From the IMG/VR virus record IMGVR_UViG_3300031890_000017, positions 1 through 46,882 of that record: DNA of 46,882 nucleotides. The stretch is one strand, 5' to 3'. Shown here in pieces: positions 46,178-46,882 of the stretch. How positions within the stretch are numbered: the stretch's first letter is position 1; every line of letters begins with the position of its first letter. The translations under genes and the position numbers were made by a program. The stretch comes from a virus. Lineage: Duplodnaviria > Caudoviricetes. A model generated the notes under the pieces. That model was not told the origin of the DNA and searched no databases. It worked only from the letters and a program-made list of their open reading frames with translations.

Positions 46178-46551
46178 TCATCCATAAAGGCTCCGAGTGA
46201 CTTATCCCACTGCGCATAGATCAATAGGATTGTCCCGCGATAGTTAATATCTATGGGTTGAATAATCACCCGATAGGCTTCACCCGTATCAACCTGTTGC
46301 AGCACCCAGTTCGGCCCGATATCATCACGATAACGAATTTTTATTTGCATATTCGCGTTCGGTGCAAAGCTCTGTGCGTAGTAGACCGATGCCCCGCGAA
46401 GCGGGATAATCTCAGCCCACACATCATCAGCCACAAACACATAATTTTCTTGCATCCCACCTGATGGCGTGCGCGACTGTTCCTGCTTGTACAGTTTGCA
46501 ACGATAGCGCAGGCTGGCAACTGGTATACGCGATACTAAGTCCTGTGGCAT
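46168..46551 (-). CDS. head closure / head-tail adaptor (SPP1 gp16-like)
   Basis: LRYR…GG…VWAEI.PL.G…IKIRYR.DI. Confidence 0.85.
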   Translation of the reverse strand: MPQDLVSRIPVASLRYRCKLYKQEQSRTPSGGMQENYVFVADDVWAEIIPLRGASVYYAQSFAPNANMQIKIRYRDDIGPNWVLQQVDTGEAYRVIIQPIDINYRGTILLIYAQWDKSLGAFMDECQ

Positions 46552-46882
46552 CTACAGGTCAAACACCCTCTCTGCAAGTATGGACAGCTTTAATTCGGGT
46601 GGCAATCCACCCGTTTCCGACTGAAGATAATTCCAGGCAATGGTTTGCTGCAAGAGCAGTAAATATTTTTCTGGAATATCGTCTACATCGTCCCACCCGC
46701 AATAAAATGTTGCCCGTATTCTTGGTAACGCTGACATGTACCGTTGCGTGATACCAGGCTGCCAGATATTAAAGGCCGTATAATTGACCCCCACAATGGC
46801 AGGAAACTGATCCCACACCCAATACATCGGCACATTCGGGTCAGCATTGACCAATGGTTCCCAGCTACCAGGCTGGTTTTCT
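46552..46882 (-). CDS. head-tail connector protein, 5'-truncated by the window edge
   Basis: FYCGW…IP….LLL….W pattern; gene position. Confidence 0.7.
   Translation of the reverse strand, partial: ENQPGSWEPLVNADPNVPMYWVWDQFPAIVGVNYTAFNIWQPGITQRYMSALPRIRATFYCGWDDVDDIPEKYLLLLQQTIAWNYLQSETGGLPPELKLSILAERVFDL

Noticed and set aside
603-46751. Numerous plus-strand ORFs in the track
   Set aside because: They are antisense shadows of well-supported minus-strand genes and have no recognisable motifs

Overview
This window is part of a tailed (siphovirus-type) bacteriophage or prophage genome, with nearly all genes on the minus strand. Reading in the direction of transcription (right to left), there are three blocks. 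(1) Head-tail joining and tail module (46882-27132): two tail-tube paralogs, a tail assembly chaperone with a -1 frameshift, a tape measure protein, a 1694-aa hub/receptor-binding protein and a 2293-aa modular virion protein with about 50 basic 14-aa repeats. (2) A probable origin region followed by replication and recombination genes: primase, SSB-like protein, a shrunken Glf-like flavoprotein, DnaE, RecA, a Cas4-like nuclease, a ParB-MT-A70 methyltransferase and a RuvC-like protein. (3) Many small ORFs, a MoxR AAA+/vWA/peptidase-vWA chaperone set, and a phage sigma factor. A conserved bipartite promoter-like motif occurs five times and may be the target of that sigma factor. The most unusual feature is a ~1.7 kb stretch with no credible ORF (5977-7690) between the MoxR and vWA genes. 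It is packed with minus-strand RNA structure: one canonical tRNA-Gly(TCC), an anticodon-less tRNA-like RNA with alanine identity elements (G3:U70, A73), two more GGGGC...GCCCCACC tRNA-like folds, and long helices, kissing loops and pseudoknots. A separate antisense small RNA candidate with a near-consensus sigma70 promoter lies at ~12559-12749. All annotations come from motif recognition by eye. No searches or folding programs were run, and the host cannot be determined from this window.
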